Notes under the pieces: model-generated
Database searches by the model: none
Seen by the model: the letters and a program-made list of their open reading frames with translations, nothing else
Told to the model about the DNA's origin: nothing
NCBI GenBank assembly: GCA_051294905.1
Contig: CM119380.1
Location: forward strand, 2,542,001 to 2,606,000
Direction of reading: 5' to 3'
DNA: 64,000 nucleotides
Source: Botryllus schlosseri
Lineage: Eukaryota
Program-made: the position numbers and the translations under genes
In this document: positions 39,331 through 51,568 of the stretch, piece by piece
Layout: the number at the start of each line of letters is the position of its first letter
Numbering within the stretch: position 1 is the stretch's first letter

Positions 39331-40019
39331 AATCATTGCTGTTGATTGAGCGCGACGTCTGGATTCCGTCTATTAAAAGAGGAGCTTCATTCGATGATGG
39401 GGGGGGGGTCGTTTCATACCTGACGACTGTTACGGCCTTTTGACCTGGCAAGTGCTGCCTTTTTATCTGACGATCGACCGACGCTGTACGACCAATGCTG
39501 TTCATTTTATCCGAAGTTTTATCCTTATTCCGTTGAGGTTTTCTGCTATACAATAAAGTGCAGGCCATGGTATTCGCCGACTCTCTGTTGCATACCTTAA
39601 AGGGAGCGCGACGTAGTCTATACTAAGTTAGCGTGCCATAGCGCATCTCAAAGCAATTTTGGGACTGGCGAACCACCCAACGCTCGATCAGCCATAACAT
39701 TGATTCTTCAGTCGCTGAAAAGTCGCTGTTATATTGAAATTTCTTCAAGAAATATAGTCCATATAGTTCCCACCGAATTTTCACACCATTGCAATTACGT
39801 CACGATTTGTTCCCTCATGAGATCAATCTAGGACAGGGCCGGCCAACTCGTGGCCCGCGATAAGGTTTTGAGTAGCCCACGAGGTAATTTCCGAAATTAG
39901 AAATATTATCAAAAATGGATTGCACAGATTGTGAACCTGCAAGGCCAACCAAAAATTTGATTGGTCTGGCCGCAACATTAGAGATGTGATGACGGCCGCA
40001 ACATTTGAGATGTGATGAC

Positions 40020-40476
40020 TAGGGCAAGTTATTGTTGCAGTTAAATCCGTGGAATGTTGCATTTATTTTTGACAAAAGTTGCAGTAAAAAGTTGCATTTA
40101 TATATTCACAAAAGTTGTACTAAAAGACCACTATTTGCTTGGTTGACTTAAAAAAGATCAACTTCCCTGTTTCACTTCCGAAATACAGATTTCTATCCGC
40201 ATACTGTATTGATTGACTAAAAAAAGGTCAACTTTCCGGCTCAGCTCCCGAAATACCCGTAAGAGCGTTACTTCAGTGCTAATTTACGGTATTTCAGTCG
40301 GATTCGGGCGTGTATTTCACCAAAATCGAAAAAACTTCCATGAAAAATAGACAAAAGTTGCACTATAAGATATTACTTCAAACAGCTTAAAACAGCATTC
40401 TACATATCTTCAGAGTATTTAGGAAGCTGCCGAAAGCTTTAAAAAAAAGTTGCAAAAGTTGCAGAAACTTGCCCTA
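40020..40476. mobile_element. hAT MITE nested in 39834-42251
   Basis: TIRs TAGGGCAAGTT / AACTTGCCCTA. TSD GTGATGAC at 40012-40019 and 40477-40484. Confidence 0.9.
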
Positions 40477-40830
40477 GTGATGACTAAAACATCAGTTCCG
40501 ACGCATTGGCAGATTCATGAACCAGTCACATTTTGGCAGATTTTGGTACTATCGTACACTACAATAGAAGAATATTTTGCGATAGATTTATCAAAAGTAA
40601 ATTTTTTACAGGCTTCGCGCAACATGTTGCGACTCGATTTCGTGCTTTTAATATTGTTACCCTTTTCTGAAAATGAAAGAACGCTTAGTGTATCAGATTT
40701 GAGTCGAACTATATTCGCGATTACGAGACGAAGTGTCGTTCAACATATGCGACCTTGCGTTTGCGCTCGCAGAAAGACCATCTACTATGAAATCCGGACC
40801 CCAAAATGATTGACGGATGTTGGTCTAAGC

Positions 40831-42053
40831 CAGGGGTTCTCAACCCGCGGCCCGCAGAGGCTTTTTTTGTGGCCCGCGAGATCTTTCAATATGATCGCAA
40901 TTACTACCGGCACAGTATTGTTGCATGCGGTATCAATTTAGCTACTAAAGCTCTCTTATCGCTCCGTCTGTGTTTCGTTTGATTTATTCTCATTCTTCAA
41001 TGTTTTCTGGTTTCTTGATATGGTCGAGTTTAGATTCTTATTTTTCTGAATAGGTCTTCGGACAGCTCCATCTCGAGTTACACATATCCCCTGATCTTAG
41101 GAAAAAGCGTTGCGAGCTAGGTCTCAGGCTAAGCAATCCATATTTTGAGGCATTGTTGAGATTGCCGACGACGTTAAAAACGCATGGTTCAAAATTGCTT
41201 GGTATATCGCTAAACCCATGAAATCGGTTAGAAAAGATGTTTCTCCAACAAAACGTGCGAATCTCCGCTATTTCCGGAATTTAGCAGCAAGGACAACTTC
41301 ACCTAACGAATTTCGAAGCTGCAGTTGTCTGATTCAACCGTGACAAGAAGAGTAACATTTAATCTTTTGTCGCATGTTTTGAAACACGTTGCCCCGTAGA
41401 CTACTTTAACCTAGCATTGGACAAAGTCTACGGACATTGCAACGCTAATTGTATTGGGGTATTCTATCAGAGGGGATATATTTGTACACGTAATGCTGGC
41501 TGGGCAAACGTGGGGAGAGCGGACTAGCAAACAACATCAACCTAACAAAGCTGACTTCTGTAACTATAGGTGCAAGGCATCAGCCATGGAAGAAAAGGAG
41601 AATGGTTGATTGGTTTGCTCAGAAATTACCCCGGACATGAGACTTCTTCTCATATCACTGAGAGCCCAAAGTGACAATGGCCTCTGTAAAGAAAAAGTTA
41701 CCGTAGTTTTACCGTAGTTTTACACTTGCTCGCTCACGCATTGAAACAGAGAGTTCAGTTCTCTAGTGCAAGGGTGTGAAGGTGCACATACCGACTTGGG
41801 AACGAATGCAATGCACGCTTCATGAAGGGATTTACTTGTTCCGTCGGAAGATGACACAATCACTAGAAACAGCAACTGAAAGCTTACGAACGCTGTCCAT
41901 TATGCTGTAGAATGCATACAAACTAAATGCTAGGCTATATTAGCCTAAATATAATAGTATAGTCCACAAATATACGGTAATATGTTCTGCGGCCCGCAGC
42001 GCTTTTTGCTGTTAAAATGCGGCCCGCTACGCAAGGAAAGTTGAGAACCCCTG
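40831..42053. mobile_element. Buster/Charlie-type hAT nested in 39834-42251
   Basis: TIRs CAGGGGTTCTCAAC / GTTGAGAACCCCTG. TSD GTCTAAGC at 40823-40830 and 42054-42061. Confidence 0.92.
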
Positions 42054-42359
42054 GTCTAAGCTTTCGATATCGATATGTCCACACCGAATAGTCCATTCCT
42101 TGCAAACGGAGCCAGGTATGATATAAATCAGGCCCGCGATATTATTGACCTTTGAACTTCGAAAAATTATCGCACTTCGTGTGGCTAGTGGCCCGCGCAA
42201 TAGTTCGTCAATCAAATGTGGCCCTTTGGCTGAAAAGGTTGGCCACCCCTGATCTAGGACCTTGAAACTTGTGGACCATTTGCTCAGTACCGTGTCGCAC
42301 AGAAAATTCATGCCGCCGATAAAAACATCCACCTGTTGTTCGCAGAATATCAACACTCT

Positions 42360-42775
42360 CGTATTCGACATTCCATGCTGGTGACGTCATATTTTGAGAT
42401 ACGATTGTTGATATACGATGATATTTTGAGTTCTGAACTATAGTTGCTGACGATTACCCCTGACAAGTTGCCAGTCGAATATTTCATTACTTCAACGGTT
42501 GGGGTTATTAGCAATTTTGTCAGCTCAATACACCACAACAATCCTGATTTTGTATTAGCTGTTGTTTTATTTATTGGTTATTTAATGGTTCAGCGGTTCG
42601 GTTTATTAGCAATTTTGTCAGCAATTTTGTCAGTTGGGGGAGAGGGATATTAGGGTTGAACGTGGAAAATTTTAATTATAATTGAAATCTTTGATGCTAT
42701 TTTTTTCGATGGACTTCCATCACCTCGGTGTTGGTGCTAGTCTGAACGCAGACGGAGCAAGACCAATATATATAT
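42360..42775 (+). repeat. Unclassified interspersed repeat family
   Basis: ACGTCATATTTTG.GATACGATTGTTGATA is shared with ~28858-29010 and ~61805-61897. The distal part (GGGAGAGGGATATTAGGGTTGAAC...GTCTGAACGCAGACGGAGC) is shared with ~59250-59600. Confidence 0.75.
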
Positions 42776-42947
42776 ATTGTATTGTATGTAACATTGTATT
42801 GTCATATTCGTAAAACAATGTAGTATTCGTAAAACAATGTAGTTTGCCCAATAACGAAGAAGCGCCGAGTTCACTGGTAACCAACCGTTTTACGAATGCC
42901 CGTTGTTGTCTTGATCAGCTGTTTAGGCTGTTTACGTTTATGAGTTG

Positions 42948-45496
42948 AAGTCCTATATCGAGGAACCTGCGGTATTAGTGGCTGCGCCAAAGGCCATATG
43001 TCTTCACGAATTCAAGTCGCAAAGCCAAGTAGCATGAGCAAAGGCATAAGTCAGCACAAGCGTACAACAAACAGGGTTCCAGGGGGTAATCCGCATATCG
43101 AGGAACCTGCGGTATCATTATCTGCGCCAAAGTCCTATATCGAGGAACCTGCGGTATTAGTGGCTGCGCCAAAGGCCATATGTCTTCACGAATTCAAGTC
43201 GCAAAGCCAAGTAGCATGAGCAAAGGCATAAGTCAGCACAAGCGTACAACAAACAGGGTTCCAGGGGGTAATCCGCATATCGAGGAACCTGCGGTATCAT
43301 TATCTGCGCCAAAGTCCAAGTCTTCACGAAGCCAAGTCGCAAGCGCAAAAGCCCAAGTCCGCACAAGCGGCCTCATTCAAAACACAAAAATCCAAGGTGA
43401 TTTGAAACTCCAAGGTGACTAGAGTGTTGTTAAAAATTTATGCGGACTTCGTACCGTCAACATTTGACACCTAAATGGAATATGGCTCGAGCCACCCCAA
43501 ACACTGCTGAGTAGTCTAGTCACTGGAATCTGAGCCACCGCGCGGTACAAATACGACCCGTTGAGGAAAGTAATGCTCCGATTTGGAATGCCAATTGAAA
43601 AGGAATATTTCATTTTGTTTGTCGTACACGTGTACGTGTGATCGATTTCAATATATTTCGTGTAGCGAGTTCACGTTATTACAATATGCCTCAATGAAGT
43701 AATTATCAAAAATGGACCCCTTGAATCTAACGCGCGTAAAACTCCGACGTCGTTTCTGAGGCATGAACTTGGCTCAAGATGTATAATAATTCACACTAAT
43801 ATCTGGAAGACATTAGTTCTACTGGTGGCTGTTTAAGTGCGCCGGGAAAGGATCAAAATACATGCAAGAAATACAATATTGATTCCTTAAGTCAAAAACA
43901 TAACTTGCGACGCGCTTTGTTGTGTTGATGTTGCAAGGGACCTGAAGTTTTAGAACCACTGGTAACTGGTATAGAGTAATCTAAGCGGAAGCATAGGGTT
44001 CATCATTTCCAAAACAAGGTACATTACAGATGATCGACAGAACATCGCATGCGGTTACTGCCTGGTCATCGAGATATCACTATGAGCGAGATATACTTTG
44101 ATTGTAGGATTTCGAATACAATGCAACAGGACTCACAAATGGTGTATAAAAGATAGGATCTCGAGAGTTTCGATTCAGCCTCATAGCTAGGCACAACCCA
44201 ACTCACTAGGAAATCGAGGACCGCGGTGACTAATTTGAAGAGACTGCACTACCTTACGGCAATGCTTCAGATTTACCTAAATTACCAGGAATACTGTTTT
44301 CCATGGAAATTTCCGATCAATATTGAAACAATGGTTTCTGAATCTATATCACTGGGCAACAATTTTGAACGAAAAAATTGTTGACTTTGATTTTGCACTA
44401 TATTTAGGCTAATTTTGGTATGCTGATTCCAAAAATGACGCTGGTTTTCTTCTATAACGTCATGTTTTTGCTCAGCGACAGCAGCCCAAAATATGCAGAC
44501 CATGACGAATTTAGCCACATCACTTTTCATAACTATATAGAAATCCACACTTTTATCATAAAAGAAATCCACACTTTTATCATAAAACAAGTCATAGCTA
44601 AGGGGTCAATTGAATTATTTGGGTACAAAATGTACCGGTATCGATCTACGCCGATGCTTCTCCTATTTTTGGTTAGAGGATGCAATCATCCGAGGATATT
44701 TCAGACACATATTTGATGTAAACTGCAGGATATGGCAAGATAAATAAAGATTACATTTACTGACAGCTATAGGAACACTGCCCCATTCCGCTTATGCAGT
44801 GGAACTTGAGAAACTCCTATAAGCTCATTAATTTGGATTGAGATGAAGATCTTAGATATGGTAGGCCTAATGAAGATTTTGAATTCGAAGATGATTCAGA
44901 ACGTTGAGTAGTCCATCAATACATGTTAAATGATCTGCAATAGGCTTTGGGACTTGGAAGAGAAGTATTCGGAATTTTTACCATCCTCGCGAATTGAGAA
45001 AGTATTACTTGGGAAGAGAGCGAAGATATCTCACTTTCGAACATGAGAAACGGCGTTTTTCATCGTAGGGCTACTTTCGGTAGATTGGTGTATTGACGTG
45101 AAAATGGCATTGACATGATACTACCATGGGTTGGTGGAGGAGATAGGAATCCCGATTTACAACTCAAGTGAATGCAAATGTCTGTTGCGAAAGCCTGAAG
45201 AAACGTTGTAAAAAAAAGCCTGAAGAAACGTAAAAAAATTGAGAAAATGCGTACAAAAATGAAATTACTTTTTCTCAATATATTTCAACATGGTGACAAT
45301 AAGTTATATTCTTACCAGGACCATAACTGCCGCACCCCAAAACAGGAATGTCTGACATCACACTCTCACATAGGCTGCTGAACTCTACTGTACAAGTGGG
45401 GCATCAATTCCTGGGGTAGATCTACAATTCGATCATTCTGCACGAGCTTGTGAAGGCTACCGAAAGTACTATGGTCAACTTCTACTGGATGAAACT
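42948..45496 (+). repeat. Copy 2 of the 2.3-kb duplication, preceded by a 182-bp head-to-tail repeat
   Basis: Matches 16986-19265. ORFs 42998 and 43180 are offset by exactly 182 nt with identical starts. Confidence 0.95.
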
Positions 45497-47079
45497 GAGA
45501 CAAGCCTGATATCACTATCGTGGAAATGTCTTTCACAGACTCTTATATTCTCTGAGTGATCTAGAAATGTAAATCACAAGCTACACACATATCGACAATT
45601 TATTGCTTCGTCAAAAATATACAAATTTGACTGGAAATCATGAAATCACATGTAAAGGTCTTATAGTACTCGTCGCAACTATTGCAGTGGACTAATACAG
45701 TGCACTCATTTTTACAGAGGATATAGCTCAGTGGAGGTAACAGAAGAAGAAACACAAATAGGAGTCGAGGCAATAATAATATGCAGATTGTCATAATAAT
45801 ATGATGTTTATGATAGAAGTAGATGGAAATGAATGTTATAAATAACAAGTTTCTCACAAATATGCCAGCGTTACACAAACCTTAAATAAAATCCTTTCCA
45901 CAGTAACCTCTTCTATGTTCCAACGTAATACAATCTTTCTTTGTAGCTTCTTGTCCTTTGCGAAGGAAGCAACCGGTACCATTCACCATTCTCTCATTAC
46001 TGCATAATGCACATAGGGACGCAACAATGAAGGTGTGAGACACCATTCGGCTTCGTTTTTACATGCTATATGCAGGCACCGGCACATATAGACCCACAAC
46101 TATAATGACCTACGTTACGCCCCTTCAAAAGTGATGGAGCATCGAAACCTCCGATCCGACATCTGGCCAGCCTTTCGAAACAATGGCGCCACCCATGCGC
46201 AGCCAGTGGAAATCGTCTATTACGTTGAGTTCAGCTTGCTGAGCAGTATTTTCCTCCGAGCAAGCAAGCGTGACGACGGGTGTTAGGTATCATCTATCCA
46301 TAGGTTAGTTATCTATAGTACTACTGACAGTAGTCCCACAATTTCTACCAGTAGTAATATATTCAATATTTCCTTTACCAGGTAGCTCCACTTAAGCTGC
46401 TCTGTATGCTTCTAGTCTTTTACTAGTCCACTCAAGCTCCTCATACGAATTCATTTTGATGACGTCTTTTATCCATTTCTTTATTTATATCCTTCCTGAC
46501 CCACCCAACTGCTCAAGTTTTAAAACTAGGGTGGGTCAGTCAGTCCATCTAAGGGCATCTCTTTATCCGCAGATGGACTGATATAGCGAACGAGGCCAAA
46601 TGGCTAAGTGAGCGTGACGGCTCCCCGGCCTCTGGGGGCCCCCGTGGGCCGCCCGAAGGTAAGCGAACGAGGCAACAAAATCGGTCGTTGCCAAGTCTGG
46701 ATTCTAATTGTTTAGCGGCAGCGGCACCGATTCCGAAAATATTAATTGAATTATAGTCAGGGCCTCTGTGTCTTTGTGTACTGACTGTTACCTCGGACGC
46801 TGATCATAGCGCGTGCGACTGATTGATTGCTCGTTGATTAGTTCGAATGGTGTTGGTTGATGGTCGTGAATATTGGCCCACAGAGCTCGTGTGACCCGTG
46901 GAGAGAGATGTCGCTTTGTTGTTGTTGCGTTGCAGTTGTATCATTTTCCGTTTTTATCTTTTGAATATACTTCGCACAGCCTCAGAACCTGACCAAAAAT
47001 CCCCCACAACATCTGAAATCAGCATTGTTCAGAACAATCGGATGACTGCAAAACAATGACCCATTGTGGCTCTTCGATA

Positions 47080-47240
47080 GACGAGATAGCGTAATGGTGA
47101 AGCGTCCGGCTTCTTGATCGGTAGGTCGTGGGTTCGATCCCAGGCCGGGTCAGATCAAAGACCTGATTAGTAACACTGGTATCCATGACTTCCCTGCTTG
47201 GCGCTGATGCATTACTGAAATAGCATGGAGGGGTGGTGCC
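47080..47240 (+). mobile_element. tRNA-derived SINE head with a probable Nin-type core
   Basis: A-box TAGCGTAATGG and B-box GGTTCGATCC, followed by GGTCAGATCAAAGAC...TGGTATCC...CTTCCCTGCTTGGCGCTGATGCATTA, which resembles the Nin-SINE domain as I recall it. Confidence 0.6.
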
Positions 47241-48448
47241 ATACTTAGAAAGCCGTCAAAGGCTTATATCTGTACCTTCCTTGTCCAGCGGCATATGCAT
47301 ATCATGCACTCATGAGTCGGTGTATATGTCGCGCGGATTTACCAGTACCGTCAAAAAACGAGAGAATTGTAAAAATGGTATCTCAAAACGCCGACTACAG
47401 CTCTCTTCGGCGGCGTGGTATCGGTGCTATATCATTGCCCGTCTTCAAAACGAGCGTTACCACGAAGATACCAAATATGAAGAGGAATTTGACAGCAGTA
47501 GAAGCTTCAAATTCGTCAAAGACGAACGGGCAGGGAAAATCATTGCCCGATTCAAAGAGATCGCGAATGAGCGAAAGCGAGAAGTGCAACAGCGCAGCAG
47601 TAAGTACGGGAAGTTCCGAGCGTGGGCGAGTCTGGTGCTTTACCTCAGCAAACGTCGAGAAGTAAGAAAAGGAGATTGGAACCTGGAAAATTTTGATCGG
47701 GCCTGCAGAGAACGACTCCGGGTCCTTTGTAGCCAATGGCAATATTGGGCCTACGGCCCAAAACAAAAAGATCTGGTGCGCGAGAAAGCTGAAACTTCAA
47801 AATCATAGACAAATTGGGTATTAAGCTGCACAACGGTTACTTACAACCGCTACGGAAAAGCAAAGTGGACTTGCTATGTGTGGAAGTCGGACATATAATA
47901 TATACCGAACAGCTTGCTGGCATGGATAGTGTAGTTGACTCTGTCAACGTGAATTGGACTTTAGAGTATTATTAGGACTATCATGTGTGGCCAACATACA
48001 TTGTATCGTATACATCTTGTAACTAGTCAAAGTCAGAATCGTTTTGTGTATTGCGCAAGTTCTACAAAGATATCTCTGCCTTTTTCGTACCGCGACTATT
48101 TCGTGATCCGTATTCCTATTGGCTGAACTTCACCATCTCTGTTACGTAAAACTAAAGTTCTACACTACATAGATATCTCTGCCTTTTCCATGTCGCGAGT
48201 ATTTCGTGATCCGTATTCCTATTGGCTAAATACTTCATGGCGTTTCCCTCATTGGCTAAAAGTTACAACCATTGTTTCGTACTACTGTAGCAGTAGCATA
48301 AACTCGATCGCTTGATCTCGTGATGCAGACTCATTTAACCGCTACTAGGACGAACGTCTTTTCTTGTCGTTTCCACGCAAATACATTCGTGTCAGAGAAC
48401 TTTGCTGTGAATTGAAGAGCTTGTAACAGTACACAGGACAACCTAGGA

Positions 48449-49592
48449 TAGGGTTACCATATCTTTGAAAAGCAAATTCCGGACACTCTTTAGCGCACAC
48501 TAGCGGATTTTAAAATGAGGTGTAACATATTGTCTGGCAATATGACGTCACACTAGAAAAGCATTGCCCAATGCCCATCGACTGTATGCAGACACTATAC
48601 AGGAATGGAATGGAACATAGGTCATGAAATGAGCCATTTGTAATGTGAGCTCTGGAGATTGCTGCTTGCTAGGGTCTGCAATAGATTCCCCCACGGGCCG
48701 GATGAAATCGTATGACGTGCCGTATTTCGCCTGCCAGGATTGTGTTTGACAGCTCTGCTATACTGTTAGGTCGGTGCGGGTATCTGGTTATGTGTTTTAA
48801 TCAAGTCCGAAACATCATTTTTCTGCCCCCTTCCGCCCAAAAGAGCACTGATCTTGGGCCCACTATGGGTTAGTCGATGTAACTTGTTGTGCACTTATTA
48901 TATGCATTTGACTGTTAAATTTTATGAATGAATTCTGTTAATAATATTGATTCTGATTCTTCCGTATATTAGGGTACTATAAAATGTACCAGCATGTTTG
49001 CACATCCGGTGATTTCCAACCTTTCATGGTCGCGACCTCATTTCCAACTTGAAAATGTTCCGTGGCAAAGCTCAAAACTTGATAAGCTGATTACTAAAAA
49101 ACATTCAGCTTGTCCAAACTTATTCACGGCTTAGGAAGCTGATTATGTCCAACGTCATCGCGATCCCCAGATAAAGGCAAACGAACCCAAGATTTGGAAC
49201 CACTGTCTGTGACTGAAGCATCCAATCGGCCTTAGCGCAACTCTAGGAATATACCGTTAGCTTATAATTGCGATTACAACCAGACTTATTTCAGTAAATG
49301 ATGGTTATTTATATTTGTTTTGATTTCATTGTTGACGAGGGTGGTGCCTGGTGCCCATACTAATATCATTATACGTTGCATTAACTCGCACGCGGAGCGA
49401 AAAAGAGTTTTGAATAGCATAAATCTGCTTGAAAATAATACTGTTTATGCTGAATTACGAAAAACTTTTGAGCCTGTTTCAAGCCTTCAAAATTCCGGAC
49501 ATTTAGACATATTTTAGAAATTCCTCCCGGAAGCAGATTTTTCAGTGAAATTCCGGACATGTCCGGGGAATTCCGGACGTATGGCAACCCTA
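48449..49592. mobile_element. hAT MITE inserted in the 5' LTR
   Basis: TIRs TAGGGTTACCATA / TATGGCAACCCTA. TSD ACCTAGGA at 48441-48448 and 49593-49600. The 3' LTR shows the empty site (single ACCTAGGA at 54800-54807). Confidence 0.95.
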
Positions 49593-49939
49593 ACCTAGGA
49601 CCACACTACTGCTGCATGGTGCCTATGCGTGAGATTAGTTCCAGCTAACACTTCTTACGGAAGAAGCCGACGTTCGCTATCGTTCGACATCGCATCTAGG
49701 ACATTCTATACGGTGACCCGTTTATTTATATTTTCCAATTCTGAAGTACGCTTCACGACAGCAGAATCTCGGGTATCATATACGGCATTTCTTGAAGTGT
49801 ACCTTTTAGTGCATGTCACCTAAGAATCTTTTTATTATAAACGTGTTTCACCGCATTTCTCCATGGCGAGTAATGATGATACTAAGCCCGTTCCGGGCCC
49901 TAAGCCCTGACGTTGAGAGCTCAAAATATGTTAAGCTCG

Positions 49940-50198
49940 AGAAATCTTCACCCAGTGAGCTCGACGACATGGCTATCGTTATTATGCGTGCTAACCATGT
50001 CGTCGAGCTCACTGGGTGAAGATTTCTGCGAGACGATTATTCTGGTCTGCGAGACGCTGCACACGTATTTTATCATCTACGTCAGCTGGTGTAGAACTAA
50101 CTTCTACTTGGCTATCGTTATTATGCGTGCTAACCAAGTAGAAGTTATCAATAAAATACGTATACACTGTACAGCGTCTCGCAGACCAGAATAATCGT
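49940..50198 (+). repeat. Two stem-loops with an identical 22-nt loop
   Basis: 33-bp perfect stem at 49940-49972 / 49995-50027. Second stem 14 bp at 50098-50111 / 50134-50147 plus a 27-bp outer IR at 50033-50059 / 50172-50198. Both loops read CTATCGTTATTATGCGTGCTAA. Confidence 0.95.
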
Positions 50199-50210
50199 GG
50201 CGCAGCAATT

Positions 50211-51330
50211 TTGTTGAATCGGGCTGTAGGAGCTGAAGGTGGAACTGGTATTGGCTACCATCCGGACTCCAATCCCCACTCTGATCATAGACATTACGAG
50301 AACGAAGTAGATACCTTGCTGCATACGCCTCGCCTTACGCTTTTATCGGATCATCCTAATGTCAATACTTCTGGGCGCGCGCGGCCCCGATCAGAGCCAG
50401 TTGCCACGCCACAACCGGCACCAGTTGTGCCGACACCAATCAAAGCACATTCCGACAGCCATACCTCTGAAATGGGCACAACAGGGTATCGAGATTACAT
50501 AGACAGAGAGCGCCGAGAGCTGAGGGATGTTCTCAATAAAATGCCTCGTGTCAAATTCGATGTCCGTCACCCGTCACAGGTTTTTGCACTAGCTGATATG
50601 GCTTTTGAGACCAACGACATTCAATCCAATTACGCTAAGTCATCCCATCTGATGTTGACTATCGATCATGACATCGTCCAACGCATGTTTGCAACGGCCA
50701 TTGATACTAAGAAAATTGACAGTTATGATTCCGCAAAGCGGGCTTTATTGCGCAGATTTCAGACCCCAGTAAGCGCCCTGGCGTACAATTTTGGCGGAAT
50801 TTAAAAAATCGCAAAGTCAGTCGGCTTAACCCCTGAAAAAGCGTATAACACTGTCGTTCAATACCACGCTGGTTTTGTTGACTGTGACGCGACAAGACGC
50901 ACGATGAAATCGATGTTTGATACTCTTCTAGACGATCCCCTCAAGCCGTCAATGATCGTTCACGGAGCCGAAAAATCGCTGGACGACTTGCTAACCATTG
51001 CCCAACTCGTCGCTGCCAGAATAGCCGACAGACCGCAATACATCAATGCAGTACAGACGAACACCACGTATGAAACGAGGGAGTCCGACAGAACGCAGAC
51101 CGAGAGAACCGCTACTCTGGAGAGAATGCTCAAACAGCTGCAAAGCGACTTCAAACGGAATGGGATTTACAAGAAAGAGCCAGATGCTTCTAAAATCAGG
51201 CACAACCTCTGCTGGTTTCATAGAAAATATGGACATAAGGCACAGTAATGCGCCGCCCCGGACACATGCCAATCCGAGGCACACCATAAAGCTATGACAA
51301 CTTCAAATCAGAATCAAAATTTTTGATTGG
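50211..51330 (+). pseudogene. gag: Gypsy-type gag (DUF7041-like) in one frame with in-frame stops
   Basis: KFDVRHPSQVFALADMAF...YDSAKRALLRRF and C-terminal LCWFHRKYGHKAQ*CAAP match the CW+H.++G..A..C..PC gag knuckle. ORFs 50211 and 50904 are in the same frame, with stops at 50802 and 51246. Confidence 0.7.
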
Positions 51331-51568
51331 GGTGAAATCGGTCGATGACATTCCTGTGATAAACGAAGTCGATCTTCTTCACCCGCCATCATACACAGGC
51401 TCAAATTTCGTCGCGTACTACGCCGGCGATGGAATGTCTGATTTCTCGCACCCCGTGCTAAACACGCCTACGGCATCTGGTTCTTACGGTTCAAAGGAAC
51501 ATGTGGTTGACGTGTCCACACCTCACGCAGGTCGCGCTGGAAATTTTACCACCAACGCGATGCCTGAC

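Larger units (their letters stand above)
39834..42251. mobile_element. Non-autonomous hAT hosting two further hAT MITEs
   Basis: TIRs CAGGGCCGGCCAAC / GTTGGCCACCCCTG. TSD ATCTAGGA at 39826-39833 and 42252-42259. Confidence 0.88.

Noticed and set aside
47080-47152. Functional tRNA gene
   Set aside because: A and B boxes are present, but I cannot fold a convincing acceptor stem, and it runs into a SINE-type core.
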